Positions 49,921 to 62,573 of a DNA stretch of 64,000 bases are shown here, piece by piece (positions within the stretch are counted from its first letter, which is position 1; every line of letters starts with the position of its first letter). A program made the translations under genes and the position numbers. This DNA comes from Eledone cirrhosa (Eukaryota): positions 194,680,001 to 194,744,000 of the forward strand of contig OZ024741.1 of assembly GCA_964016885.1 (NCBI GenBank). Direction: 5' to 3'. Below the pieces are notes generated by a model that was not told the DNA's origin, made no database searches, and saw nothing but the letters and a program-made list of their open reading frames with translations.

Positions 49921-51268
49921 GTGCATACCTACTCCCACATATATAAAAACACTACATGTATCTTTACCTACACACTCATGTATATAATATTGTGTGCTTA
50001 TATATCTACCTCCATATATATAAAAGCACTGTAAATGCATCTATCTTTACTTACACACATCAAAGCAATTAAGTATGTTATGCTATACTAGACATTATCT
50101 TCGGATTACCCAATTTTCTTTAGATCAATTATTGAAAAAGTTCTATATAAAATGTGTTGTATCCATGTTATTAAAGGTAAAAAAATACTTTATATGTGAA
50201 ATTTATACAAGGAATGATTGAATGTGTAATAATTAGAATCATCGTCATCATCTTTTTGCATCTGACTTTCCATGTTTACAGAGGCTGGCGAAATTTCCCC
50301 CAGCACAGCATCCCATCATTTGTTGCAAGGACTTAATGATTACAAAATGAACTTTTTTAACCATTTGGCCATGCAGCGTCCACAGCTGAATACAATCAGA
50401 AAGGAAGACTATTTCAAAATCTATAGATGATTGACAAATATAACTTTTAGGGTATTGTGATATATTCTGTTCTTTTCTTGTGCCTGAACATATTAATCCA
50501 AATTCTGATGAGACAGTAATTCTATTTTCATCTACACAGTACACTCAATAAAGTAATTGACATTATGAAGGGCATCCAGCTGTAGAAATCATGCTAAAAA
50601 TGGAATGTATGCACAAGATGTGATTCCATAACCTGTCTAGTGTTGGACCATGACAACCCATCCAACTTATGCCAGCATGGAAAGCAGATGTAAAAATGAT
50701 GATGACATTATTCATTTTATTGTAATAAGTATTTTCTTCATATCATTACTGATATTAAGACCTAAATGTGTTGCTAAATGTTGGGTATTTCAGAGGAACA
50801 TCTTAACTTTGTACTCTGTATCAGAAAAAATTCTCTACATCAGTGTTATATATCCATTCTGGTCAAACTGTATATGTTATTTAGAGCTACATCCTAACAC
50901 ATCAAATAACAGAGATAAGCACCTGTCTATATTAGAAAATATCAGGATATTTGCTCTTTAATTTTGACTCCACTTGTCAAATCATCATAGTCTTGGTAAC
51001 CTTCTTTATTAATTTTCAGAATATCAGACTGTGTACAATATCAAATGTTACCCTCAATAATAAAACACTAGCTGGCGCCATGAAAATACCATGGCTGTTG
51101 AAAATTAAGGCACAATAATTACTCTGACATATATTTGTTATTTCATTATTGTATTGTTTTGTTTGAATCATTACAGCATTAATTATCGTTATCATAATTT
51201 ATACCATTTAACTCTTAACATCCTGTAAGGATTTAGCTGTAATGAGTTTTTTCCTCTTTGTTCTCCTC

Positions 51269-51269
<1 letters not shown>

Positions 51270-51299
<30 letters not shown>

Positions 51300-51455
51300 C
51301 TTCTTCTTCTTCTTCTTCTTCCTCCTCCTGCGATTGCACTTAATTCAGCTTCCTGGCTTCCATCACTCGTCAACACAGACCCTAGATACTTGAACTTCTC
51401 TGCCTGCTTCAGTGGAACTCCATACACATGTGGTGTGCACTGCACACGCTTCTTT

Positions 51456-51532
<77 letters not shown>

Positions 51533-51666
51533 TCACACACACACACACTCACGCACGCACTCACACGCACACACACGCACACACTCACACACACACACAC
51601 AAACACACACACCCACTCACACACTCACGCACACAAACACACACTCACACACACACACTCACGCAC

Positions 51667-51699
<33 letters not shown>

Positions 51700-51700
51700 T
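51270..51700. repeat. (CTT)n and (CA)n microsatellites flanking a short RTE fragment
   Basis: CTT run 51270-51328, RTE piece (KFKYLG, minus strand) 51329-51455, CA-rich run 51457-51700. Confidence 0.9.
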
Positions 51701-51924
51701 GTATATATATATGTATACACGTATGTGTATTGCTTGTAGCCAGGTAAGTATATTTCATTGTAAGTACCTGTGTATATATTGTCATTTATACGAATTCATT
51801 GTTGGTTTAAGTGTGATTTAATAGACTTAGGTTTTTTTTCCTCCTATTACGTATACATGGATTTGTTAATAGTTTCCCTCCGCATACATGTTTCAACCTA
51901 ACGCTTGAAATAGCAGGAAGAGGC

Positions 51925-51960
51925 TCTTAACGTTTCGGACGCTAGTCCTTCATCAGAAGA
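51925..51960 (-). ncRNA. Minimal type-I hammerhead ribozyme motif (paralogue of 13221-13256)
   Basis: Minus strand TCTT-CTGATGA-A-GGAC-TAGC-GTCC-GAA-ACGT-T-AAGA; stem I, stem II and the palindromic stem III are all intact. Confidence 0.78.
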
Positions 51961-52524
51961 AATAATGAGAAATTTGGTAGATTGAAGGGATGGGCGGGGT
52001 GGAATTGGAAAAAAAATGTCTTTAGATAAAAATAACAGGTCCATTCATGTTGCCGTTATATATATATGTAAATATATAAGCCAGGACTATCCATCATCAG
52101 TGGTCTACTAGCCATCATAGATATTTCTTTGCATTACAGACCATATACCTCCGGCTAGGGCAATACAATAACTAAATTAAATTATTGGGATAAAAAGAGT
52201 TGGGTGGAGAAAGAGAGACAGGTAAATAAACACGAATGGTGAGGCAACGTAAAGAGAGGAAAAAAAATGAGAAAATCAAGTCAATGATTCATTTTGAACA
52301 TAAGAACTTGTGAATATTGACGATGATGGCTAGTCCTGGCTTCTATTTCTAATTCTTTATTATATATATATATATATATAATATATATATGTAGAAGAGA
52401 TATTTAACTTGTTGGAAATCCAACAAATATAGATGTTTATAACTGATTCAAAGCACTCAACAGTTTTTGGAGTAAATATTCAATGATATTAAATAAATGG
52501 AAACTATATTTATAAAACCATATT

Positions 52525-52588
52525 TATTCTATTATATATATATTTCAAGGGTACCAAAAATTTTGGTACGCTATCATCAGATAAAATA
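52525..52588 (-). ncRNA. Type-I hammerhead ribozyme motif
   Basis: Minus strand TATTTTAT-CTGATGA-TAGCGTACCAAAATTTTTGGTACCCTT-GAA-ATATATATAT-A-ATAGAATA: 8-bp stem I, GTACCAAAA/TTTTGGTAC stem II, self-complementary stem III, AUA site. Confidence 0.75.
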
Positions 52589-52697
52589 CAAAATGTTTTA
52601 TAAATAGTTGACATGACCAAGGATAATATACCAGGGATAACTTGAACCGTTAAGGTATATTATCCTTGGTCATGTCAACTATTTATAAAACATTTTG

Positions 52698-52760
52698 TAT
52701 TTTATCTGATGATAGCGTACCAAAATTTTTGATACCCTTGAAAATATATATAATAAAATA
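52698..52760 (+). ncRNA. Type-I hammerhead ribozyme motif (inverted twin, slightly degenerate)
   Basis: TATTTTAT-CTGATGA-...-GAA-AATATATAT-A-ATAAAATA; perfect 8-bp stem I, one extra mismatch each in stems II and III. Confidence 0.65.
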
Positions 52761-52932
52761 AATATGGTTTTTAATATCATTGAATTATATATCATCATCA
52801 TCATCATCAACGTTTAACGTCCGTGTTCCACGCTTGCATGGGTTTGGACGGGGGTAGTCCCACTTGAGGCAAGAGTGATTGTCTTGCTCGCATAGGACTG
52901 TCTGGCAGGTTTTCTACAGTTGGATGCCCTTC

Positions 52933-52983
<51 letters not shown>

Positions 52984-53083
52984 GTTATACTTTGGGAGGG
53001 TCATGTTGCCAATAAGTATAACAATATCGGTTTCAACACACGATTTCAGATAAAGAATCTTGCTAAACAAATTCAGAAACGAA

Positions 53084-53123
<40 letters not shown>

Positions 53124-53923
53124 GCATATATATTTATATGTGTGCCTGTATGTATGTATTTATACCCCATACTTCATTTTTGTAATTGCTTTGCAAGATG
53201 TTTTATGTGAAAACGTGTGTTGAAAAAGATAATTTTACAATTTGGGAGGGTCATGCTGATGATTGAAACATACGCACTGGCTGCATTTCACTTCACTTTA
53301 TAATTATAATTCCCTTTTGGTTAATTTGATAATTGAATGGTTGTTTAGTGTTTAATTATCAAAGCTCTTTTGTCACACATTTTGTGACCTCTACAGTGAC
53401 TACTTTTGTCACTTTGTGGCATCTTTTTTTTTTGTTTTACACTATTTGTTTCACAAAACCTCATTTTCATACTATAAAAATAAATGCTGTCTGGTGGACG
53501 TTTTCAAGACGGTGCTTTCCAAAAGCAAACTCAAGAATATACGATTTTAATAATCAAAAAGATTTAGATCAATTCATATCTGCTCCTCATCAATTGTTAT
53601 TGTATTCACAAGCATTTATGTCCAGATAAATAAGTCACCAAATCGGATTGCTTAATGAATTTGAAGTAAATATTGTTCACTGAAGAGTAACACTTATATA
53701 GCTTCAAGTAAATTATTGCTACGCCTACAAGATTTTTAATATCATTTGGGATTTCATATATTTTATATTCATGTCTTTGTGTATGCATCACTGTACAGAA
53801 GATTTTTTTTTTTACACTTTGAAAATATCTTGGGAAATATAATAATGAATTTACATAATAATAGACATTTATCATTTTAGAAATCTATTAATCAAGTGTA
53901 AGGATTATTATAATAACATGTTG

Positions 53924-54329
53924 TAGGGCAGTATCATTGGCAGTATTGGTAGAGAGTCGGACGCCATGCTTTGCAGCATAGAGTTACGGCCCTTTGTGAT
54001 CTGAGTTCAAATCCCGCCAAGGTTAACTTTGCTTTTTAGCCTCATGGGGGTCGATAAAATGAAGTACCAGTCACGCACTGGGGTTGATTTAATCGACGTT
54101 CCCCTCCCCCCTAAATTGCTGGCTTGCCTATATAAGAAACCATTATAATTGTTTCTACTTTTGGAACAAGGCCAGAAATTACCCCAGTGTATTACTGGTA
54201 CTTTATTTTATCGACCCCGTAAGGATGAAAGGCAAAGTTGACCTCGGCGGGATTTGAACTCAGAATGGAAAGAGCCGTAACTCTTTGCGTCAAAGCATGG
54301 CGTCCGACCCTCTACCGATACTGCCAATC
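53924..54329. mobile_element. Two nested tRNA-derived SINEs (Nin/Deu-like core), tail-to-tail
   Basis: SINE1 (+, 53924-~54140) has TSD ATTATAATAACATGTTG (53907-53923 / 54334-54350); SINE2 (-, 54150-54329) has TSD AACCATTATAAT (54138-54149 / 54330-54341); B-box GAGTTCAAATCC; core GCCTTTCATCCTTACGGGGTCGATAAAATAAAGTACCAG. Confidence 0.9.
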
Positions 54330-54755
54330 AACCATTATAATAACATGTTGTTCGTTGGTGATCTACTGGTGTCCACTCCGCTAGAATTCGGGCCAAGCCC
54401 GTGGTTTGAAAATATTTCCTGTCTTCCATATATTAGCCCGGAACAATCAAGACCAGGTGATAAGAATAGTTTTTATTCTATAAAAAAAAAACTATATCCA
54501 TTACATTTTTTTAAAGACATTATATTAACCTCTACATGTGAGTTAGTAGCACTACATTTTGGCCCTATAGTATTTCGATACATCAATCCACAAAATAAGA
54601 AATCTCTAAATGTGGAATGACAAATACCCGAAGGGTGATTTAATGTCGGAAGTCTATATTTTCAGTAAAAAACCCCAAAAAACCCACTGTGACGAATGTT
54701 TCATTTCAAACAAATATAGCATATCATTGTAGCTTTCATCATTAATTTTCTATAT

Positions 54756-55022
54756 TCCTTCTTCTTCTTCTTCTTCTTCTTCTTCTTCTTCTTCTTCTTC
54801 TTCTTCTCCTCCTCCTCCTCCTCCTCCTCCTCTCCTCCTCCTCCTCTCCTCCTCCTCCTCCTCTTCTTCTTCTTCTTCTTCTTCTTCTTCTTCTTCTTCT
54901 TCTTCTTCTTCTTCTTCTTCTTCTTCTTCTTCTCCCCCCCTCTCCCCCTTCTTCTTCTTCTTCTTCTTCTTCTTCTTCTTCTTCTTCTTCTTCTTCTTCT
55001 TCTTCTTCTTCTTCTTCTCCTC
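54756..55022. repeat. (CTT)n/(CCT)n polypyrimidine tract
   Basis: About 265 nt of pure pyrimidine triplet repeats. Confidence 0.97.
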
Positions 55023-55720
55023 CAGCAATTCTTGCACTTAATTCAGCCTCCCCGCCTTCCATCACTCATGAACATGGTCCCAAGATAATTGAACTTCTCC
55101 ACCTGCTTCAGTGGAATTCCATTCATATGCAGAGTGCACTGTGCAGGCCTCCTTGACAGGATGAATGACTCAGTTTTTGCAGCACTAATTTTCATTTCTA
55201 CCATACAACACTCAGTATAAAACCTATTGAGTGCAAGTCGGAGATCACCTTCTGTCAAGTAACACCATGGCATCTGCAAATTCCAGCCGACTGAATTTAC
55301 ACGTGCCAGTCATGATAACACTTCCAACCTGGCTGTGCTTGTCAATCCTGTTCATGAAAATAATGAACAGGAATTGTAACAACATGCACCCTTGCTGGAG
55401 TCCAACTCCCACATTGAATGGTTTCGATTTAGCACCATTTATCCGAACACAAATACTCGAGCATTCGTATAGTCTTCAAGGCAACAAGAAGTTGACTATG
55501 GATCTCATGCTCCTGCAGAACCTACCACAGCAGATCTACAAAACAAGAATATACCTCTTGGCAATACTCGCACGATTTCTCGAATACCTGCTGCAGTGTG
55601 AATATTTCGCTGGCTGTGCTGCATCCTGGGCAAAAACTGCACTGTTCATCAGCTAGCTTGGACTCGACAATATCCCCACATCTCTATGCCAGACACTTAG
55701 CCTAGACTTTAGCAGTGTGG
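55023..55720 (-). mobile_element. RTE LINE RT fragment (second family)
   Basis: FNVGVGLQQGCML, FADA, EKFNYLG remnants on the minus strand. Confidence 0.85.
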
Positions 55721-56424
55721 CCATAGAATGATCTCTAAATGTTTTATGTCATCCAATATAGTGATAGAGTTTGTTTAGGGACCTACATCCTTGTCATGAC
55801 AGTGGCGGTTTTGTTAAGTGATTTAATCTTCAAGCCATTTCTGTACATATTAACTACAGAGGGATTAATTTGAGGTTTAAACCATCTGGTGTGAGTAGTG
55901 AATATATTAAGTGGCCTACATTCCATGATGTTGTCATAGAGGCTTTATTAAGTTTTCCTGTGGGGCTATAAAGTGTTCAATAAGTAGTTTGCACCTGTTG
56001 TGACCATACAGGGGATAATTAAGCAGTCTATGTTCCATGCTGAATCTGTAGAGGCTTAGCTCTTAATGTTCTGTACCACACGGAACTACAAGGCATTCTT
56101 AAAAAAGTATAAAACAGCACAATGACTACATCACATTAAAAATTGATGTCTAAAAATTGAATACCATAAATATCTACAATGATCTATCCACTTGTAAAGA
56201 TACTGTAAATATGTAGCAAAATCTCTCTACACATATTGACCTCCAAATGACATGGCAGAACTGTTTCTCTTTATCTCTTGTTGGCTTCAGTGGTCTAGAG
56301 AGACTGCCAACTTGAGGTTAAATGACATAAGATTTTCTTTAAGTCATTCAACTCTAGTTTCCTGGAAGAGAAGGACATCACAAGCAGTTGTAGAAATTAT
56401 TTCAACCAGTTAAGATGTAGCCAC

Positions 56425-56698
56425 CAGGGGCCTCGTTTGCCTTAGAAATGTGAGGGGGACAAAGGAGCATAAATTGCTTATGGTGCCTTTCCCAGACCCT
56501 ATCACATAAATAAAATTGTACGCTATTTAAATTCTATAAATTTAAATGAAGTACTTCATTTAAATTTATAGAAATAAAAAAAATAAGCTTAAAAAGAATT
56601 TATTATATCAAATAAACAAAAAATAAAATATAGACGTTTGAAAAAGTGTGTGGGTGGGGGGACTTGTCCCCTGGTACCCCCCTGAAACAAGGCCCTTG
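56425..56698. mobile_element. hAT-type MITE (274 bp) with a central 42-bp perfect palindrome
   Basis: TIRs CAGGGGCCTCGTTT / AAACAAGGCCCTTG; exact 8-bp TSD GTAGCCAC (56417-56424, 56699-56706); palindrome at 56532-56573. Confidence 0.9.
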
Positions 56699-57379
56699 GT
56701 AGCCACTATATCACACATACCATGTAGGTCTTTCTCTCTCTCAGGTCTCTCTCACTGCCAGACAAATGACTATCAACCCATTACAGAAGTACGGTAAATA
56801 CCATCTTTTGAATCATTGCACACACACATATATCACAACATAAGCCTTGTTTTCATTACATTGTCAACAATAGCCTCGTAGCAGGCTATTAACTTAATAA
56901 ACATATTTTAGTAGCGATCATGTTTTATTTGTTTATTCACCAGTATTTTCACACAGTGAGTGAATTTTACCTTATGCATAATCACCCAATAAGCCAACAA
57001 AAATTACTACTAGAACCTCTGCCACACTCAAATGAACAACAACAAACCCAAGCCAATTCCTTCCATTACTACATCTATTCTACATTCTATCGCTACATAC
57101 ATTCACTTTCAGTAGATTTCTTTTCGCTACAAGTATTTGAGTTAACAAAGTTGTTAAGTTGTTTTTCTTGAAAAACAACTAAAATGAAAATATTCAAATA
57201 TTCATTTGCTTCAATTCAATTTAGAGTGTATACAATGAAAAAAAAAAAAAAGATTTCATTGTTGATATTTAGTTATAAAAAAATTCTACTACAAACCAAA
57301 TTCATGTTTTGAATGCATGGTGAAACTAAGAAAAATCAATAAATACATACTTTTAATAATTAAAGAATGATAATATAAT

Positions 57380-57564
57380 TGTTTCTACTTTAGGCACAAG
57401 GCCAGCAATTACCCAGTGCATTACTGGTACTTTATTTTATTGACCCCGTAAGGAGGAAAGGCAAAGTCAACCTCGGCGGGATTTGAACTCAGATCGTAAA
57501 GGGACGTAACTATGCTGGAAAGCATGGCGTCCGACTCTCTACCAATACTGCCAATCCACCGCCC
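57380..57564 (-). mobile_element. Full-length tRNA-derived SINE with TSD
   Basis: Same family as 54150-54329; 19-bp TSD TAAAGA[A/G]TGATAATATAAT (57361-57379 / 57565-57583). Confidence 0.9.
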
Positions 57565-57734
57565 TAAAGAGTGATAATATAATGAAAATTTTCCACGTTT
57601 ACAATTCTTATATCTAAAATAGAATTGAAACTACATCTATGTAGCTTGTTGTTGTTGTTGTTGTCGTTGTCGTTGTTGTTGTTGTTGTTGTAGTTGTTGT
57701 TGTTGTTGACCCCTCCCCCCTCTCCACACTTATT

Positions 57735-58100
57735 CACGAGAGGGTTATGGGAACAGAGTCCTCAAACACTCCTTCCAGTGGGTCGCATCAGAAGCAACCG
57801 TCTCCAACTGATTCAGCTGAATTTCAAAGTGAGTCCAGCCAAGTCCATGGATGTTATCCAACCATCTTGCTTGGGTTCTACCCCTAGGTCTCCTGCTGGT
57901 TGGTTTTACCCATAAAATCTGTCCAGCGATTCTTTCCTGAGACAATCTAACCACATGCCCATAGTATCAGAGCTGTGATCTCTCAATTTGGAGAAGTAGC
58001 GGGCTCTACCTGGAGTGACTCTTTGACCTCTGAGCTATGCAGTCTATCATGTAACATTACTCCAAAGACCCTTCTGAGGAAGCCCATTTCGGCTGCTTGT
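57735..58100 (-). mobile_element. RTE LINE 3' fragment (second family)
   Basis: YYGHVVRL...RRPRGRTQARWLDNI. Confidence 0.85.
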
Positions 58101-58878
58101 TTTCTTTCAATGTAGCTTTAACTGTAATTATAATGAAGTTGATGTAAATATATCTAAACAAGTGTCTAAAATATAAAATGAATCATATTAACTGTTAACA
58201 TCCTGTACCACATGAAAATCACAAAACAGATCTATAACTGCATCATATTAAAAATTAAAGCCACTACTTTAATACTGCCAATTAGTCAATTAATAAGGTT
58301 GCATATACAGCTCTATTTTTAGAAAAACATGATTGTATCACATTGAAAATTCCTTATTTTAATACCGCAAATTTTTACGATCTGTCCACTAGTAAGGATA
58401 CTATAAACATTTGAATTAACAAACCAGTTTTTAGATATTTTCTGCTAAATCATTACAGGAGTTGAAGTAATTTTCAATTGAAGTTAGCACAAAATTCTTA
58501 CAGGATGTTAAGATTCAATTAACAAATTTGCATTAACAACATTATTTTTAATGAAGGGAGTATGTAGATTCAGCATGGTCGAATGGTTAAGAAGTTCCCT
58601 TTACAATCATCAGGTTCAAGATTCAATCCTACTATGTGACATCTTGAGCAAGAGTCATAATTGTGAACTGACCCATGTCTTGTGAGTAAAATTGGATAGA
58701 TGGAAACTATTTGGAAGGTTGTTAGATAGACTGTAACAATAATTCAAAGGATCAGCCTTATTACACAGTCTCATGCTGACTTTCTCTAAGAATTACGTAA
58801 GGGGTACACATGTCAGTGGAATGCTCAGAAACTTACACATTAATTCAGGAGCAACCTGTTCCATTGGTCAAACAACTA

Positions 58879-59675
58879 TGAGGGTGGGCTGAAAAGTTCA
58901 TAGGCTGACTATGAAGAAGTGATACTAAAGCCGTGAAATTTTGCAGTCACATTAATTTCAACTCTTCTTACTAATAACTGCATTGTTTTTTTTGGGGGGT
59001 GGGGGTGGGGTGGTGGGGGTGGGGGTGGTAAACTGACATCTGACTGTCCAAAGAAGACTTCAAAAGTAACTAGAAGTGACTTCTCTTGAAAATGGACAAA
59101 ATTTGGCATTGTGGTGTTATCAAGTACCCACAGAAAAAGAAAGGATATTCATGTTGACATGGTTGCTACATTAGGGGATGGCACTCCAGCTTCATCAACA
59201 GTGCAAAAAAGGGCAGCTGAATTTAGGAGGGGAAGGGAGAGTCTTGAGAGTTATGAATGGCTATCAAGAGCAAACACCCAGGAAAACTTATGAAAGTGGT
59301 TTTGCTTCATCAGGACAATGTTCCAGCTTACAATCCTTTGGTTTCAATAGTGACTGTGTGTGACTGTGGCTTTGAACTGGTTGATCACCCTCCCTATTCT
59401 CCTGATTTGGCCCCATCTGACTATCCTGTTCCCCAACATGAAAAAACACTTGGCTAGGAACCAGTATCGCAGTGATGATGGCGTCATATCTGCTGTTGAT
59501 GACTTTTTTTTACCAACAGGATGAAAGCTTCTTCACCAAAAAGATCTAAGGACTGCAACACTGATGGAAGAAGTGTGGGGACAGCAAGGGGGATTATGAT
59601 TAAAACTAAACCTCATTTGGTCACATTCCATGAGAGTGTCTTGGTCAGCCTATGAACTTTTCAGTCGATCACTTG
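58879..59675 (+). mobile_element. Internally deleted mariner (DD34D-type) element
   Basis: TIRs ..GCTGAAAAGTTCATAGGCTGAC / GTCAGCCTATGAACTTTTCAG.., TA flanks; LHQDN and HPPYSPDLAPSDY motifs. Confidence 0.9.
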
Positions 59676-59839
59676 TAGAACATGCATCCTTGAAACAGAC
59701 GGAGGTGATTTGAACAGAGAGTATCCAGTAGCTACCTGAAAATAACCAGGTGGTGAGGAAAAATAAAACAAAAGCTATATTAATCTCCTTATAATATATA
59801 ACCAGCAATTTCTCTGTTTGTCTGTCTGTCCGACAGTGG

Positions 59840-60227
59840 AAACACGTGCGCGTGTGCGAATGTTTTTTGTGCACGCGTAGAGAGAGAGTGAGAGTGAAAG
59901 AAAGAGACAGACTACGAGAGGGGGATAGCGAGAGGGAGAGAGGGAGAGAGAGAGAGTGAATAGATGCTAAAACACGTGCGCGCGTGCGAATGTTTTTTGT
60001 GCACGCGCAGAGAGAGAGTGAGAGTGAAAGAAAGAGACAGACTACAAGAGGGGGATAGCGGGAGGGAGCGAGGGGGGGAATTGAGGAGTGCTACAGAAAC
60101 ATATATACATTTCTGTGTGTGTGTAATATATATATATATACACACAGAAATATATATACATTTCTGTGTGTGTAATATATATATATATATATACACACAC
60201 AGAAATATATATACATTTCTGTGTGTG

Positions 60228-60270
<43 letters not shown>

Positions 60271-60415
60271 GAAATATATATATATATTTCCGTGTGTGTA
60301 TATATATATATATATTACACACACAGAAATGTATATATATTTCTGTGTGTATATATATATATATATTACACACACAGAAATGTATATATATATACACACA
60401 GAAATATATATACAT
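59840..60415. repeat. ~130-bp direct duplication followed by a self-inverted CACACAGAAAT(AT)nTTTCTGTGTG minisatellite
   Basis: 59840-~59960 repeats at 59969-~60075; five or six palindromic units at 60092-60412. Confidence 0.8.
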
Positions 60416-60656
60416 CCCTTAGCTACTGTACTGTATCTGTTGCTATCTCTCTCTCTCTCTCCAGCTATCCCTCTCTTTTAGTCTGTCTGCTTCTCTCACT
60501 CTCACTCTTTCTCTTTGTAACGCACTAACATTCCTCCCCTCTATCGCTGTGACAAATGGGGAGATGGAGGAGGAGGAGGAGGAGGAGAGTCACTTCGTCA
60601 CTTCACCTCTGCCTTTCTTTCTCTCCCCTCTCACTCCCTCATTACGTACAGACATT

Positions 60657-60827
60657 AGGGCGGTGGATTGGCAGAATCTGTAGAGAGTCGGACACCATGC
60701 TTCATAGCATGGAGTTACGTTCCTTTACGGTCTGAGTTCAAATACCGCCGAGGTTAACTTTGCCTTTCATCCTCACGGGGTCGATAAAATAAAGTACCAG
60801 TAATGTACTGGGTAATTGCTGGCCTTG
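60657..60827 (+). mobile_element. tRNA-derived SINE, 3' end abutting a Helitron
   Basis: Same family as 57380-57564. Confidence 0.85.
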
Positions 60828-61777
60828 TCTATATATATAAAACTGAGGATGTCTGTCTGTGTGTGTGTGAGTTCGAATCCCTAAAACTCGAGAACCACCC
60901 AACCGACTATTTTCAAACTTTACACATGTAATACTTATGTTTCAGGGAGTGTTCTGAGCAAACAAAATTTCAAATTTTCAATGCTCTAGGGACCGCATTA
61001 GGCGATTTAGCGATCTCTCTCTATAATTCTTAGTCTTTCTCTTTTTAGATAGATATATACTTATAACGTCGCGCCCTTATAATATCTGTCTGTATGTCTG
61101 GCTGTCTGCATTACGTCACTTCCTTGAGGATGTCTGTGTGTATGTGTGTGTGTGTGTGTGTGAGTTTTAATCCCTAAAACTCGAGAAGTACCCAACCGAC
61201 TTTTTTAAAACTTTACATGTGTATTACTTGTTTCAGGGAGTGTTATGCACATGAAATTTCATCTTTTTGTATCTCCTAGGGCCCGCATGAGGTGAAAAAC
61301 TGCGTTGTTTAACATTTTTAGGGTTTTTTGAGGCGTTACGTCAGACCGATTTACTTGAAATTGTAACTATGTATCAGACCGATTTCCTTGAAATTGTAAC
61401 TATGTATTAGTCAGTCTCTTCTTCATACCGTAAGCAAAGCAAATCTAACTTTCTTATTGCCTAGGGCCCGCATTAGGTGAAAAACTTCATTTTTTCAGCT
61501 TTTTAGGGCTTTTTGGAGGCGTTACGTCTAGCCGATTTTCCCGAAATTTCAAGGCATATTATGCACATAAAAAAAATTCATTTTCTTGATCCCCTAGGTG
61601 AAAACCTGCATTTTTCCTGCTTCATCGAGGAAAATCTTAAAGATTATCCAGCCATCAGAGTATTCGGTTTACTTTCTTTACATATTGTCCAGGAATGCAG
61701 TTTTTCCACGATTAGTTTTGTTGGTGGCCCGCGTTCCAAATTACCTTATCTCGTGCAATGCCAGGTACCACTGCTGG
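60828..61777 (+). mobile_element. Non-autonomous Helitron, longer copy of 32783-33474
   Basis: 5' TCTATATATATAAAACTGAG; 3' CTCGTGCAATGCCAGG hairpin remnant then CTGG|T; collinear with the 33-kb copy plus ~260 extra internal bp. Confidence 0.88.
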
Positions 61778-61928
61778 TCATTAACTTAAGTTATTTTGAG
61801 AAATGACTGAAGGGACAGCTTCTACACACAAAAAATTAAATTAGTACTAAGATACTTAATGTAATGGACCAGGAAGTTTTAATTTATCACACTTACACAT
61901 ATGGTGAGGAGAACAATCATTAGCTTAA

Positions 61929-62179
61929 CCCTTTAGCATTTACATTACTTTATATTTACTATTATATTTTCATGGTAATGGCTTTATCTCACATAATTAT
62001 CAAACAAAATATCAAATCTATGAGATTTTGATAGTATTTATTTTAAGAACAATACTTTAACATCAGTATGAGTGGCCAGTTACAGCCAGTTTGAACAGAA
62101 AGAGAATTCTGACCGGATACAGCTGGTTTGAACAGAAAGAGAATTCTGGCCGGATACAGCCAGTTTAAATGCTAAAGGG
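61929..62179. mobile_element. piggyBac-type MITE
   Basis: TTAA TSD on both sides; TIR CCCTTTAGCATTTA / TAAATGCTAAAGGG; internal 38-bp tandem duplication. Confidence 0.85.
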
Positions 62180-62573
62180 TTAATGATGAATTCTAGTCCC
62201 GAATGACAGAAGACATCACTGAAATTAGATAGAATAAAAAATTAATAAAAATATAATGTGGGCTTGTAAAACGTCATGTTGAAAGAGTCTAATTTCTAGC
62301 AGTTCATAAGATAATTCCTTCCATGGGCCTGTCTTATTACACCGTTTCTACAAAACATATTCTAGCCAGTACTGCTAAATTTTAAAATTCAGAGAGATAG
62401 ATATATAGAATTTTTATGAATGAGCACTGATAATTATGATGAGTCTTTCAGTTAGGTAAATCAGATAATTCCAGATTTGTTTTCGTTTTATTAAATCTAG
62501 ATTTCACTATACATGCTGAAATATGAACTAGAGAATCATTAAGTAAATGTACAATGATGTTCACTTGAACCCA

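Larger units (their letters stand above)
52515..52770. repeat. ~117-bp inverted repeat with a 21-nt spacer, each arm carrying a hammerhead motif
   Basis: 52515-52631 is the near-perfect reverse complement of 52653-52770. Confidence 0.95.

Noticed and set aside
53924-54020. tRNA genes at SINE heads (also ~40070-40125, 46394 and 62574)
   Set aside because: A/B boxes are present but no complete cloverleaf; each continues into a SINE body, several with TSDs.
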